Source: Candidatus Kaiserbacteria bacterium
Lineage (GTDB): Bacteria > Patescibacteriota > Minisyncoccia > Phycocordibacterales > UBA2100
DNA: 64,000 nt
Reading direction: 5' to 3'
Assembly (NCBI GenBank): GCA_016217925.1
Contig: JACRFK010000010.1
Location: forward strand, 4,784-68,783
Shown: positions 37,159 through 47,196 of the stretch, piece by piece
How positions within the stretch are numbered: the stretch's first letter is position 1
Layout: each line of letters opens with the position of its first letter
The notes under the pieces: generated by a model
What the model was told of the DNA's origin: nothing
The model's input: only the letters and a program-made list of their open reading frames with translations
Database searches by the model: none
Translations under genes and position numbers: made by a program

Positions 37159-38574
37159 ATGCACCTCAGTAAGACCGCGCGAGAGTATTTCGATGCACAG
37201 GCGGACGAGCGTCTCAAGTGGCGGCGCAAGAATCCGTATTACCATGACTCGCTCGAATCCTTCGTCGGGTTCCTTGTCCCGCGCGGCAGTTCGGTGCTCC
37301 ACGTCGGAGCCGACTCGGCGTCGCTCCTCAATCTGTTGGCCCCGGCCCGTGGGCTGGGTATCCACGCGAGCGCCCGCATCATAGGTGAGGTCAACAAGCA
37401 GGGGATTTTGCCGGGGCTCCAATTCAAACAGACGGAGCTCTCGCAAGTCAAAGGTGTGTTCGAATATGTTGTTATTTCAGACTTGCTCGGACACGTCGAT
37501 GATATTGAGATGCTTTTTCGGGAAGCGACAAGGCTCATCTCGTGGCGCGGCCGCATAGTGGTGACACAGCACAGCGCATTGTGGGGGCCGGTACTGCGCC
37601 TCGCTTCAGCGCTCGGACTTCGGGTGCCATATCGCTTGGAAAATTGGGTCTCACGCACTGACCTTGAGAATTTCGCGCACCTCGCGGGGCTGGAGGCGGT
37701 GCGGAGCGGCACGCGGATGCTCATTCCGAAACGCGTCCCATTCATAAGCACGTTCTTCAACGCCTACCTTGCGAATATTTTTCCGTTCACACGGCTCGGC
37801 TTGTATCACTACGTCGTCTTGCGCAAGCAGGACTCCCGCTCACCGATTCCCAACCCCTCGCTTTCCATTGTTGTCCCGGCACGTAACGAGGCCGGTATGA
37901 TAGAGCGCATTGTAAAAGAGTTGCCAACGCTCGGAGAGTTCACCGAGCTAATCCTTGTCGAAGGACATTCCAAGGATAATACGTGGCAAGAAATCCAACG
38001 TGTCGCAAAAGAGTACGGCGCGAAGAAGAAAATACTCATCGCACAGCAGGAGGGCAAAGGCAAGGGTGATGCGGTACGCAAAGGATTCGACATGGCGACT
38101 GGGGATATCCTTACTATATACGATGCGGATATGACCGTGCCTGCTCCGGACGTGGAAAAATTCTATCGGGCCCTTGTCGAAGGAAGGGGGGATTTCATCA
38201 ATGGCTCGCGGCTTGTGTACCCCCTTGAGAAACAATCTATGCAATTTCTTAACTTTCTTGCCAATAAGTTTTTTGGGCTCGCTTTCAGCTGGCTTTTGAG
38301 CTCGAAGTTGAAAGACACGCTCTGCGGCACGAAGATGCTGTGGCGCGAGGACTACAAAGAAATACAGGCGGGCCGCTCGTTTTTCGGCGACTTCGATCCC
38401 TTCGGCGACTTCGACCTACTCTTCGGAGCCGCCAAGCTCAACAGAAAGATCATTGATATGCCGGTCCATTACGGAGAGCGTACCTATGGGACGACGAATA
38501 TAGAGCGGTGGAGTCACGGATGGTTGCTTCTGAAAATGACCGTTTTTGCCCTGCGTAAGATAAAATTTGTGTGA
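37159..38574 (+). CDS. fusion protein: degenerate class-I methyltransferase-like domain (N) + Dpm1/GtrB-like GT2 polyprenyl-phosphate glycosyltransferase (C)
   Basis: The N-terminal ~215 aa are a paralog of the downstream MT at 38571 (YFDAQADERLKWRRKNPYYHD vs YFDAIAAQYDYWKKKNAYYHE). The SAM motif I is degenerate (VLHVGADSAS vs VLEIGCGTGD). The C-terminal GT2 has LSIVVPARNEAGMI and the DxD motif YDADMT. Confidence 0.7.
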   Translation: MHLSKTAREYFDAQADERLKWRRKNPYYHDSLESFVGFLVPRGSSVLHVGADSASLLNLLAPARGLGIHASARIIGEVNKQGILPGLQFKQTELSQVKGVFEYVVISDLLGHVDDIEMLFREATRLISWRGRIVVTQHSALWGPVLRLASALGLRVPYRLENWVSRTDLENFAHLAGLEAVRSGTRMLIPKRVPFISTFFNAYLANIFPFTRLGLYHYVVLRKQDSRSPIPNPSLSIVVPARNEAGMIERIVKELPTLGEFTELILVEGHSKDNTWQEIQRVAKEYGAKKKILIAQQEGKGKGDAVRKGFDMATGDILTIYDADMTVPAPDVEKFYRALVEGRGDFINGSRLVYPLEKQSMQFLNFLANKFFGLAFSWLLSSKLKDTLCGTKMLWREDYKEIQAGRSFFGDFDPFGDFDLLFGAAKLNRKIIDMPVHYGERTYGTTNIERWSHGWLLLKMTVFALRKIKFV

Positions 38575-39239
38575 CTTTTTCGGAAGACTACTTTGACGCA
38601 ATTGCCGCCCAGTATGATTACTGGAAAAAAAAGAATGCCTATTACCACGAGAATCTGAAACTATTGTACGGGCAATTCATCCCGAAAGGGGCGCGAGTTC
38701 TCGAAATCGGCTGTGGCACGGGGGACATCTTGGCACGCCTTGAGCCGAAAGAGGGAAGGGGGGTCGACGTGAGCGAAGAGATGGTGGAAATCGCACGGCG
38801 CAAATATGCGGGCAAATCGAATCTTCAGTTCGAGCGCGAAGATATTTTTGAAAGCACGAAAATGTTCGGATATCCGTACATTTTTCTTGCCGACGTGCTG
38901 GAGCATGTGGGCGGTCTCGAGAAATTTGTGCGACAACTTGCCGCCCGCACGGACTCGGGTAGTACGGTCGTTATCTCCGTCGCCAACCCGCTTTGGGAAC
39001 CGGTACTCATGCTCGCTGAGAAGCTCCATATGAAAATGCCCGAAGGCCCACACACACGCGATCCAATACAAGAAACGGAACGCATCTTCCGTGCATCCGG
39101 TTTTACCATCGTTGAACGCGGGTATCGGCTCCTCATTCCTAAGAAGATCCCTGGTGCCGATTGGCTTAATGCCCGATTCCATCACTTTCGGTTCTTTGCT
39201 CCGCTCGGTTTCGTTATTTTTTGGGTGCTCCGCCGATAG
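38571..39239 (+). CDS. class I SAM-dependent methyltransferase
   Basis: 222 aa. Intact motif I VLEIGCGTGD. GTG start overlapping the upstream stop (GTGA). Confidence 0.75.
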   Translation: MTFSEDYFDAIAAQYDYWKKKNAYYHENLKLLYGQFIPKGARVLEIGCGTGDILARLEPKEGRGVDVSEEMVEIARRKYAGKSNLQFEREDIFESTKMFGYPYIFLADVLEHVGGLEKFVRQLAARTDSGSTVVISVANPLWEPVLMLAEKLHMKMPEGPHTRDPIQETERIFRASGFTIVERGYRLLIPKKIPGADWLNARFHHFRFFAPLGFVIFWVLRR

Positions 39240-39699
39240 AAGGCATTACACCCTCGTGAGTATCGTGGAACACCAGGTGTTTGTAGCTGAAGTAGTTCAT
39301 CATGGCGATGAAGACACCGCTTATGAGCTGTGCCCCCAAGTAGTGAAGTCCCCCGTATTCAACAAGCACAAAGATAAGCGTTGTATTGATCCCAAGCCCG
39401 ACAAACACAATGGTCAAAAAGGTGAGTGCCTGCGCATACACATGATCTCTGGATACATCCTTAAACGTCCAGAGCTTTTGCATCGAAAAACTTACCCAAA
39501 AGGCGAGCATGAATGCAATTATCGATGAGAATACGTACCAGACGCTGAAGAAGTGAGTAAGGGAAAAGAGGGTTCCAAGGTTTACCAAAGTCGCAATACC
39601 ACCGGAGATACAGAATCGGATGATGCGCATCGGCGAAGGATACAGGGCGTTGGCGCGAGCGCGGACCTCTTTGATCAGGAGCAAGAGGTTCGCAATCAT
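39214..39699 (-). CDS. gtrA: GtrA-family membrane protein (polysaccharide synthesis/flippase accessory)
   Basis: 161 aa, 4 TM. RFCISGGIATLVNLGTLFSL is typical of PF04138. Confidence 0.75.
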   Translation of the reverse strand: MIANLLLLIKEVRARANALYPSPMRIIRFCISGGIATLVNLGTLFSLTHFFSVWYVFSSIIAFMLAFWVSFSMQKLWTFKDVSRDHVYAQALTFLTIVFVGLGINTTLIFVLVEYGGLHYLGAQLISGVFIAMMNYFSYKHLVFHDTHEGVMPSIGGAPKK

Positions 39700-39788
39700 A
39701 CGTAGGCGGAGTGTAGCATAGGACCTTGTTCTAGTTCGTTATTTCGCGGGATGATATAGTGTACCTCTAAACATTCTTACAGCACACC

Positions 39789-40766
39789 ATGTCTGATTTT
39801 TATACAGGAAAAAAGGTGCTCGTGACCGGCGGGGCTGGTTTTATCGGCAGCCACGTTGTAGAAATGCTCGTGGAGCGTGGGGCGCATGTCACCGTGCCGG
39901 TACGTTCAACGACCAAGACAGATTTTCTGGACAGCGTTCGTGACCGTATATCCATCGTCGAAGCGGACCTACGCGATCGGCCTCGTGTCGATGCGCTCAT
40001 GCAAGGTCAAGAGATCGTCATGAATCTTGCCGCCGCCAAGGGCGGGGGCATAGCACATAGTATGAAGCATCACGGGAGCCTCTTCCGCGACAACATGCAA
40101 CCCTATCTGCAAGTGCTCGATGCTGCGCGCGAGGCAGAGGTCGAGCGATTCTTGGTGGTGAGCTCGGCCTGCGTGTATTCACGTGAGGCGAGCAACCACG
40201 CGCTCGAGTCGGAAGGATTTTTGGGCGTGCCGGAAGCGGCCAATGCCGGATATGGCTGGTCCAAGCGTATGGAGGAATACGTGGGCCAAGCGTACGCAGC
40301 GGAGTTCGGTATGAAGGTCGCTATCGCGCGCATGTACAACGGATATGGTCCGCGAGACGATTTTTTCGCAGAATATAACCACGTCATCCCCGGACTCATT
40401 AAGAGGATATTCGAAGGTGAAAATCCGCTCGTCGTCTGGGGAACCGGCACGCAGACGCGCTCCTTCATATACGTCACCGACTTCGCCCGCGGTATCCTCC
40501 AGGTCTGCGAGAAATACGCCGTTGCTGACCCACTCAATATCGGGAGTGACGAAGAGATTTCCATTGGTGACTTGGCGCACCTTCTCATTGAGCTTTCGGG
40601 TAAGGAAGTGAAAGTCGAATTTGATACGACAAAGCCGGACGGGCCATTGCGCCGAAGCGCCGACACCAGCAGAGCTTTTGAGAAAATCGGTTTCCGCACC
40701 GAGGTGCCTCTGCGCGAAGGTCTGAAGAAAAGCATAGAATGGTATCAAGCAAACAAACCACAATGA
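39789..40766 (+). CDS. NAD-dependent epimerase/dehydratase (GDP/NDP-6-deoxyhexose reductase or epimerase-like)
   Basis: 325 aa. VLVTGGAGFIGSHVV and YGWSK (YxxxK). Confidence 0.75.
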   Translation: MSDFYTGKKVLVTGGAGFIGSHVVEMLVERGAHVTVPVRSTTKTDFLDSVRDRISIVEADLRDRPRVDALMQGQEIVMNLAAAKGGGIAHSMKHHGSLFRDNMQPYLQVLDAAREAEVERFLVVSSACVYSREASNHALESEGFLGVPEAANAGYGWSKRMEEYVGQAYAAEFGMKVAIARMYNGYGPRDDFFAEYNHVIPGLIKRIFEGENPLVVWGTGTQTRSFIYVTDFARGILQVCEKYAVADPLNIGSDEEISIGDLAHLLIELSGKEVKVEFDTTKPDGPLRRSADTSRAFEKIGFRTEVPLREGLKKSIEWYQANKPQ

Positions 40767-41428
40767 CCGTCACTCTTATCGCAGCGACACTCAATGAGCT
40801 TGAAGCCGCGAAGGTTGTCTTGCCGCGCATTGGCCGGAAGTATGTGGATGAGATCATCATCGTCGACGGCGGCTCGACCGACGGTACAGTCGAATTCTGC
40901 AAGAGCCAGGGATACACGGTTTTCCAACAGATTGAGCCCGGGTATGGCTCTGCTATGAAGGAGGCGATCGCGCGGGCGAGCGGGGATATCATTATCGAAT
41001 TTCCACCCGATGGAAATTCTATGCCCGAAAAAATCCCCGATGTCATAAGGAAATTGCAGGAAGGCTACGACTTCGTCATAGCGTCGCGCTATGCGCCGGG
41101 TGCGCGGAGCGACGACGACGACTTTCTCACGGCGATAGGGAATTGGGGGTTTACATTCGCGACGAATCTTCTCTTTTGGAGTTCGTATACTGACGTTCTC
41201 GTAGGTTTTCGCGGCTATCGCAAGAGTGCATATGAGAAGCTTGATATGACAGCCACAAGTCTCGATTGGTCAATGCAAATGCCCATACAATTCAGGAAAA
41301 AGAGATTGCGGGTAGCTGATATTCCCGCAATTGAGCCGAAGCGGATCGGCGGTGTGAGAAAGATGCGCCCATTCAGAACGGGCTGGCGGATTCTCAAGAT
41401 ACTCATTAGAGAGCGTTGTAGTCTATAA
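40763..41428 (+). CDS. GT2 glycosyltransferase (Dpm1/GtrB-like, short)
   Basis: Internal ATG overlapping the upstream stop (ATGA). LIAATLNELE...IIIVDGGSTDGT...FVIASRY. Confidence 0.75.
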   Translation: MTVTLIAATLNELEAAKVVLPRIGRKYVDEIIIVDGGSTDGTVEFCKSQGYTVFQQIEPGYGSAMKEAIARASGDIIIEFPPDGNSMPEKIPDVIRKLQEGYDFVIASRYAPGARSDDDDFLTAIGNWGFTFATNLLFWSSYTDVLVGFRGYRKSAYEKLDMTATSLDWSMQMPIQFRKKRLRVADIPAIEPKRIGGVRKMRPFRTGWRILKILIRERCSL

Positions 41429-41432
41429 ATGT

Positions 41433-42695
41433 ATGTACAAGAATATTTCGCGATGCCGCATCTGTGGCAATGAGCAACTGAAAGAGGTACTCAATCTCGG
41501 TGAGCAATATCTTTCGTCTTCATTCGTAAAGAATAACGACGATGTTGATGAGGTCTCCAAGACACGCGTACCGCTCACCCTGCTTCTCTGCGACATCTGC
41601 GGCCTGGTCCAACTCCGCGAGACAGTAGACCGCGACTTGATGTATCGTAGCTATTTCTATCGCTCCGGAGTGAATCCCATGATGCGCGACGCGCTCGCCG
41701 ATGTAACGCGGGACATTAAAGCGCATGCAAATTTGAAAGAAGGTGACTCAGTACTTGATATCGGTTGCAACGACGGCACGATGCTTACGTACTTCCCGAT
41801 AACCATGCGTCGCATCGGTATGGACCCCGCGCAGAATATCAATAGGAGTTCTCTCGACCCTTCGATTACTGTCATTCAAGACTATTTTTCCGCCGATAAG
41901 GCTAGAGCGGCAAACGGTGGCGAATTCTTCAAGGTGGTATCTTCCATCGCGATGTTTTATGATCTCGACGACCCGAACGCATTCGTATCCGAAGTAAAAT
42001 CGGTGCTCGCTCAGGGCGGCACGTGGTGTGTGCAACTGAGCTACCTAGCGACGACGATACAGACGATGAATTTTTATGACATCTGCCATGAACATTTGCT
42101 CTACTACTCTTTGAGGACACTCAAATTTCTCATGGAGCGTCACGATCTCAAGATAATTGACGCCTCGCAAAATGATGTGAACGGTGGCAGCTTGCGATTC
42201 TTTGCGGTGCACGCCGATGACCCTCGCGATGTGTCGCCGGGTATGCGCGAAATAGAGCAAGCCGAGCAGGTACTGCGCCTTTCAGAAAAAGCGACGTACG
42301 AGCAGTTTGCTGCATCAATCGAGCAGCTGAAACGCACCACCCTCGATTTTCTAGAGGCAGAGAAAAAAGCCGGAGGAACCGTCGTCGGGCTTGGGGCCTC
42401 GACCAAAGGCAATGTACTCTTGCAGTACTTCGGTATCACGAAGGAAATGTTGCCTGCGATCTCTGACCGATACGCCGAGAAGGTGGGCTTGCGTACACTC
42501 GGCACCGATATCCGCGTCGTCTCGGAAGAGGAAGCGCGCGATATGAAGCCGTCGGCCATGCTCGTCCTCATCTGGTTCTTCAAAGACGAATTGTTGAAAC
42601 GTGAGAAGCAGTATCTGGAAGACGGAGGAAAATTATTCTTCCCGATGCCGTACCCGCATGTGGTAACAAAGGAGGGAGAAAAGCGGTTGAGCTAG
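41433..42695 (+). CDS. TylC3-type NDP-hexose C-methyltransferase-like protein (zinc ribbon + class-I MT + C-methyltransferase C-terminal domain)
   Basis: 420 aa. N-terminal CRICGNEQL...CDICGL zinc ribbon, motif I VLDIGCNDG and a long C-terminal domain. It is a paralog of the gene at 48213-49418. Confidence 0.7.
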   Translation: MYKNISRCRICGNEQLKEVLNLGEQYLSSSFVKNNDDVDEVSKTRVPLTLLLCDICGLVQLRETVDRDLMYRSYFYRSGVNPMMRDALADVTRDIKAHANLKEGDSVLDIGCNDGTMLTYFPITMRRIGMDPAQNINRSSLDPSITVIQDYFSADKARAANGGEFFKVVSSIAMFYDLDDPNAFVSEVKSVLAQGGTWCVQLSYLATTIQTMNFYDICHEHLLYYSLRTLKFLMERHDLKIIDASQNDVNGGSLRFFAVHADDPRDVSPGMREIEQAEQVLRLSEKATYEQFAASIEQLKRTTLDFLEAEKKAGGTVVGLGASTKGNVLLQYFGITKEMLPAISDRYAEKVGLRTLGTDIRVVSEEEARDMKPSAMLVLIWFFKDELLKREKQYLEDGGKLFFPMPYPHVVTKEGEKRLS

Positions 42696-42700
42696 GGCTA

Positions 42701-43459
42701 TTACTTCCGGAGGACCCACCAGTGAGGGAGCGATAGATTTTCGTCCTTCTTGTAGCCGGAACGTTTGATGAGTAGCTCTTCCGCTATCATTTTGATGTGC
42801 GGCAGGGACTGCTGCTCTTTTGTGTAGTCCGAGAAGTTGTACATCGTGCGATAAAAATACCACTGGCTCAAGCTACGCATCATATTTGCTTTGAGGAACG
42901 AAAGGCTCCATGGAATGTCGTCGAGCAAGAGGTAGCCGCCTGGCTTCAAGAGTTTGTCCGCGAGCATCATCGCGGGTAGGTCTATGTAAAAGGTATGATG
43001 ACCATCCACGTAAATAACGTCGAATTGTTCGCCCTTTTGGAGCATCTCAAAAAGAGTCCATGAATACGTGCCAGTGGAGTTCATCGCGAAGGAAATGTTT
43101 TTTGTATCGAAGCCCTTTATCGCCAATTCTTCTTCGTGGCTCTCGCAGACGCTCTTGAAATCGCACCCAACGTACGAAATAGAATGTTCGTTGATGAGTT
43201 TCAGCCTCTCGAAATGTGGGAATTCACCGATGCCGACTTCCAAGAATTTCCCACCTGGTATACGCTCCAGAAGTTTTCTGATACTTCTCTCCTTGCTCAC
43301 CCTCGGATCTTCTTCCGTGTCTTTCTCTGCGTGTGTAAAACCGAGATTTCGAAGTTTAAATAGGAGCCACAGCGGAAAATAGAGAAGATGAAGAAGCTTT
43401 TTGCTTCCACGTACTTTCAAAAGTCTAAGGAATTTTATTGTCTCCATATGCTTCGTCAT
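42701..43459 (-). CDS. class I SAM-dependent methyltransferase (AT-rich)
   Basis: 252 aa. FLEVGIGEF...VIYVDGHH. Lower GC than the flanking genes. Confidence 0.6.
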   Translation of the reverse strand: MTKHMETIKFLRLLKVRGSKKLLHLLYFPLWLLFKLRNLGFTHAEKDTEEDPRVSKERSIRKLLERIPGGKFLEVGIGEFPHFERLKLINEHSISYVGCDFKSVCESHEEELAIKGFDTKNISFAMNSTGTYSWTLFEMLQKGEQFDVIYVDGHHTFYIDLPAMMLADKLLKPGGYLLLDDIPWSLSFLKANMMRSLSQWYFYRTMYNFSDYTKEQQSLPHIKMIAEELLIKRSGYKKDENLSLPHWWVLRK

Positions 43460-44727
43460 ACGGTTGCTCCCTCATGCTTTGCCTGCCAAAAGAGATATCC
43501 AAAGACTACGAACGTAATGGCTTGAGAAGTGATGGTCGCCCATATGGCTCCCCAGATGCCAAAGGGTGGCAGGAGGAGAATAAACAACGCAATTCTTACG
43601 ATGGGCAATATTGCTTGCGAGATGTAGAGCTCCTTTTTTTTCATGTGTGCCACTAAGGCACTGCTCAATATCGAAACGGGAGTAAGTACAAGGGAGAGGG
43701 CTAGTATTTGGGTATAGACGATTGCCCCGACGTACGCTGGGAACAAGAGCTTAAAAAGGAGAGGGGCAAAGAGAATGTAGCAGACGACAATGGCAAGCAT
43801 CACGCCCACGAGAAACACTACTTTTCTCGGAAGAGATTTTTGCAGCTCCGAAAAATTGCGCTCGCTTAACTTGGGGAAGGCGAGCTTCACAGGAATATCA
43901 ACGAGTAATTTGAGTTGCGCGACTGGCGTCTGGGCGAAGGCGTAGAGGGCAAGCGGTGCTGCACCCAAATAATGGAAGACGAGAACCTTGTCGATATTTT
44001 CTCCGACTTTTCCTAAGATTCCCATAAAGCTGATGTGTTTGACGAAGGGAATCGTCTCCGGGTCTACGGAATTATTCGGGTGGTATTTCTGTACAGTGAA
44101 GTAATGAAGTATAAGATTTATTGCGATACCGGAGACGAAATACACGAGTATAAGGTGTACCGGATTTTGGGTGAGGAAGAGGGCGGCGATTAAGATAAGT
44201 GCAGGAACGAAATCAGCGATACTGTCAAATATGGACTGTGTCTTGAAATCTTTTTTCCCTGAAATGAATTGGCTGAAGAAGGAGGAGCTCGTAAGGAGTG
44301 TGTTGCACGCTGCGACAAGAAGGAAGGAAATTGCGAGTGTATTGTTGTGATTAACGAAATAATACAACGCGACCGCCAAAGAGATGCCCGTCATACCCAC
44401 CCCCCATTTCATGTACGCGGAGATGCCTGAGCGGAGTGCGCCCTCGTACCCTCGAGCAACAGCCTGTGTAATGCCAGTTGACATACCCGTGAGAGCGAAA
44501 GCGCCGATGACGCCGGCTCCTGCGAGTACGAACTTATAAGTACCGAATACCTCAGGCGGAATGAGATTTGCCAGCGCGGCTGCGAGAAGAAGCGAGGAGA
44601 ACATCCCTACACCTTTTGCGAGCGTAAGCCAAAATCCTCCCTGCACCATATAGAGCATATCGGTCTTGGTATACATCTCGCTCCATCGCAAGAGTGCAAG
44701 AAATGTATCCTTTGATCGCCTTAACAT
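43456..44727 (-). CDS. wzx: Wzx-like oligosaccharide flippase (MOP superfamily polysaccharide biosynthesis protein)
   Basis: 423 aa with about 12 TM. Start overlaps the downstream gene stop. Confidence 0.75.
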   Translation of the reverse strand: MLRRSKDTFLALLRWSEMYTKTDMLYMVQGGFWLTLAKGVGMFSSLLLAAALANLIPPEVFGTYKFVLAGAGVIGAFALTGMSTGITQAVARGYEGALRSGISAYMKWGVGMTGISLAVALYYFVNHNNTLAISFLLVAACNTLLTSSSFFSQFISGKKDFKTQSIFDSIADFVPALILIAALFLTQNPVHLILVYFVSGIAINLILHYFTVQKYHPNNSVDPETIPFVKHISFMGILGKVGENIDKVLVFHYLGAAPLALYAFAQTPVAQLKLLVDIPVKLAFPKLSERNFSELQKSLPRKVVFLVGVMLAIVVCYILFAPLLFKLLFPAYVGAIVYTQILALSLVLTPVSILSSALVAHMKKKELYISQAILPIVRIALFILLLPPFGIWGAIWATITSQAITFVVFGYLFWQAKHEGATV

Positions 44728-44796
44728 GTCTGGATATGCTACAGCGAAAGCGCTCTGCGTGCCAGTAATACCGCATGATGATACAATCCGGCACGT

Positions 44797-45963
44797 ATGG
44801 ACGATGTAGTAGGTGTGACCACCTCATCACGGGCGGGGGATACCATCAGTACGACTTCGCGGCAGCCCTTTTTTGTCGCCTACATCGGCTGCCTCATCGT
44901 CATCGCAAGTCTCTCGCTCTACTTTCTCCCTCATATTCTTCAGGGTGATGCACTTAGCTATGTCGATGCCGCCAAGGCATATGCGCAAGGCCAGCATTTA
45001 AGCATCGATCTGTCAGGTGAAATTACTCGGGAAATCGTCGCCGTGCATCGCATGCTGACAACGACGCTCGGTATACAGGCTCTCCGCTTCTTTTCAACTA
45101 TCGCAGGCTCGTTTGAGGTTGGTTGGCTCTTAATGGATACTGTTCTCTTTTTCGGCGGAAGCATCGTCTTGTACCTGCTCCTTGCGCGATTCTACGAAAG
45201 CGAGCGTGTGGCATTCATCGGCGGGCTCTTCTACGCCGGCAATTATTCGATGCTTTCGCAAGGCATGGGGTACTTCATGGACATAGGGGGATGGTTCTTT
45301 TATCTCCTTGCGCTGCTGCTGATATACCTCTATATCGAGTCCGGGCGGTATCGAATGCTTGTGATCGCGGCACTCACGATTGCAGTCGGTGGGTTCTTTA
45401 AAGAAAATGCCTACATGGCTTCAATTCCTTTAGGCGCGATACTTCTTTTCGAGTACTACAAAAAGCCATTGACACTTCTCGCAAAATCTGTTCCGCTTGG
45501 CCTGCTCGTCGTCGGACCGGCTGTATTACAGCACCTCTACATATACCGTGAATACGGGTATACATACGCGTATTGGATTCATGTGAGTCAAGACTACTAC
45601 GAGTACAACTCGGTTATTGTGGAGTACATAAAGAGTTTTGGTTCTCTGCTCACGTTCCTCGCGCCTGTTGCACTCATTGGTGCATATGAATTTGTGCGTC
45701 GCTTTTTTGATCCCACACTCGATCACAAAAAGAAAGTCTTTCTCGTGTCTGTGCTTGCGTCATCCATTCCGGCCGTATTATGGCCTGCGATTACGCAACG
45801 CGTTCTTTTTCTCGCTGTTCCCGGGCTTATTCTGCTCGCGGGACTGTGTATCAAGCGATTCGAGCGATATTGGTACGCATTCGTGCCGCTTATCATTTTG
45901 TATTTGCTTGCGGCTCTCACGATGGATTCCTTTATTCTCAACTACGTAAATCTGCCGATGTAG
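44797..45963 (+). CDS. polytopic membrane protein, candidate Wzy-type polymerase or GT-C-like
   Basis: 388 aa, about 10 TM. No soluble domain or diagnostic motif seen. Assigned by context next to wzx. Confidence 0.4.
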   Translation: MDDVVGVTTSSRAGDTISTTSRQPFFVAYIGCLIVIASLSLYFLPHILQGDALSYVDAAKAYAQGQHLSIDLSGEITREIVAVHRMLTTTLGIQALRFFSTIAGSFEVGWLLMDTVLFFGGSIVLYLLLARFYESERVAFIGGLFYAGNYSMLSQGMGYFMDIGGWFFYLLALLLIYLYIESGRYRMLVIAALTIAVGGFFKENAYMASIPLGAILLFEYYKKPLTLLAKSVPLGLLVVGPAVLQHLYIYREYGYTYAYWIHVSQDYYEYNSVIVEYIKSFGSLLTFLAPVALIGAYEFVRRFFDPTLDHKKKVFLVSVLASSIPAVLWPAITQRVLFLAVPGLILLAGLCIKRFERYWYAFVPLIILYLLAALTMDSFILNYVNLPM

Positions 45964-45964
45964 T

Positions 45965-47065
45965 ATGTCGCGAAAGCCCCTCGTGCATCTCGCGTATACG
46001 GTCCCACTCGGTCGGACGCGCGCCAGGCGTGCGCTCGACAAAGTGCTTCGACTGATGCACGTGACTCCGCTACACCGATTTGCACACGACGCGCTTATTC
46101 CTTGGCAGCACCCGATACGTGCGCCGCATAGCATCACACACAACCTTCTCGACGCTATTCGCGCACGCGGGTACGATGTCCGCCTCTATAGTTTGTATGA
46201 GCACACGGTCACGCATCTCGAGCCGGGGGATATCTTTATCGGGCAGCCCGTGCCAAGCGGCGGCTTCGGTGTCACACGAGCAGATACAGACGACACTGAG
46301 TCGGTAACTTCGAGGACAATACGCAAGTACCCGAGCGCTCGAAACTTTCTTATGATGCCGTATTCGCATGATGCCCAATACTCACTCTTCTGGAAGGATC
46401 TGTTGCGAGATAACAATACCGCAGGCGGTGGAGCTATTCTCGTAGGTGGGCAGATTTGGGAGCGTGACTGGGAGACAAAATCACCATTTGCAGACCTCGG
46501 ACGACTTAAGAAAATCCACCTAACCTGCATGGGCATTGACGCATCAGAGTATCCGCTCGTCAAAAAGAGTTTCAACCCAAAGGGAAAACGGAAATATCTC
46601 TATATCGGGCACACTGCCTGGTACAAAAATACTGTCGAGCTTGAGCGCATAGCAGCACGGATGCCGGAGTACGAATTCGCGCACATTGGAGGAGGGGAAG
46701 TGAAAGGGTGGAAGAAGCTCGCGAATTTTGCGCCGCTGACACCTGAATATATGAAGAAGCTTGCGAGTGAGTACGACATCTTTTTGAATGTCAGCACGGC
46801 AGATCCGCAGGCAACGACCATCGTGGAGCAGATGTGTTTCGGCTTTGCGATCGCGTGTACGCCGGAAACGGGCTATGACTATCCGGCGCTGGCGACTCTG
46901 CGTACCAACGATACAGAGCACAATATCCGCGTTCTACAGCACCTACAGCAAGTCGATGAGGAAGAACTGCTTATCCAAGCCCGCGAGAATAGGAGAATTG
47001 CCGAAGAGAAACACGGGTGGGCTCAGTTTACGGACCAAGTCCTCGATTTCACCGAGATCCGTTAA
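45965..47065 (+). CDS. hypothetical protein, possible GT-B-like glycosyltransferase
   Basis: 366 aa. The C-terminal half (KRKYLYIGHTAWYKNTVELERIAARMPEYEFAHIGGGEV) resembles a GT1/GT4 C-domain only weakly. Confidence 0.35.
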   Translation: MSRKPLVHLAYTVPLGRTRARRALDKVLRLMHVTPLHRFAHDALIPWQHPIRAPHSITHNLLDAIRARGYDVRLYSLYEHTVTHLEPGDIFIGQPVPSGGFGVTRADTDDTESVTSRTIRKYPSARNFLMMPYSHDAQYSLFWKDLLRDNNTAGGGAILVGGQIWERDWETKSPFADLGRLKKIHLTCMGIDASEYPLVKKSFNPKGKRKYLYIGHTAWYKNTVELERIAARMPEYEFAHIGGGEVKGWKKLANFAPLTPEYMKKLASEYDIFLNVSTADPQATTIVEQMCFGFAIACTPETGYDYPALATLRTNDTEHNIRVLQHLQQVDEEELLIQARENRRIAEEKHGWAQFTDQVLDFTEIR

Positions 47066-47196
47066 GTACGAAGAACTTACTCCCCCTGCACCCTTGAGCC
47101 TGCAGGCGACGAAGTTACTTTTCTGAATTTGACGAGCTACAAGAAACAGGGCATTATCTGGACCGGCTTGAAAATCAGCCGAGAAAGGGGGCCGAG

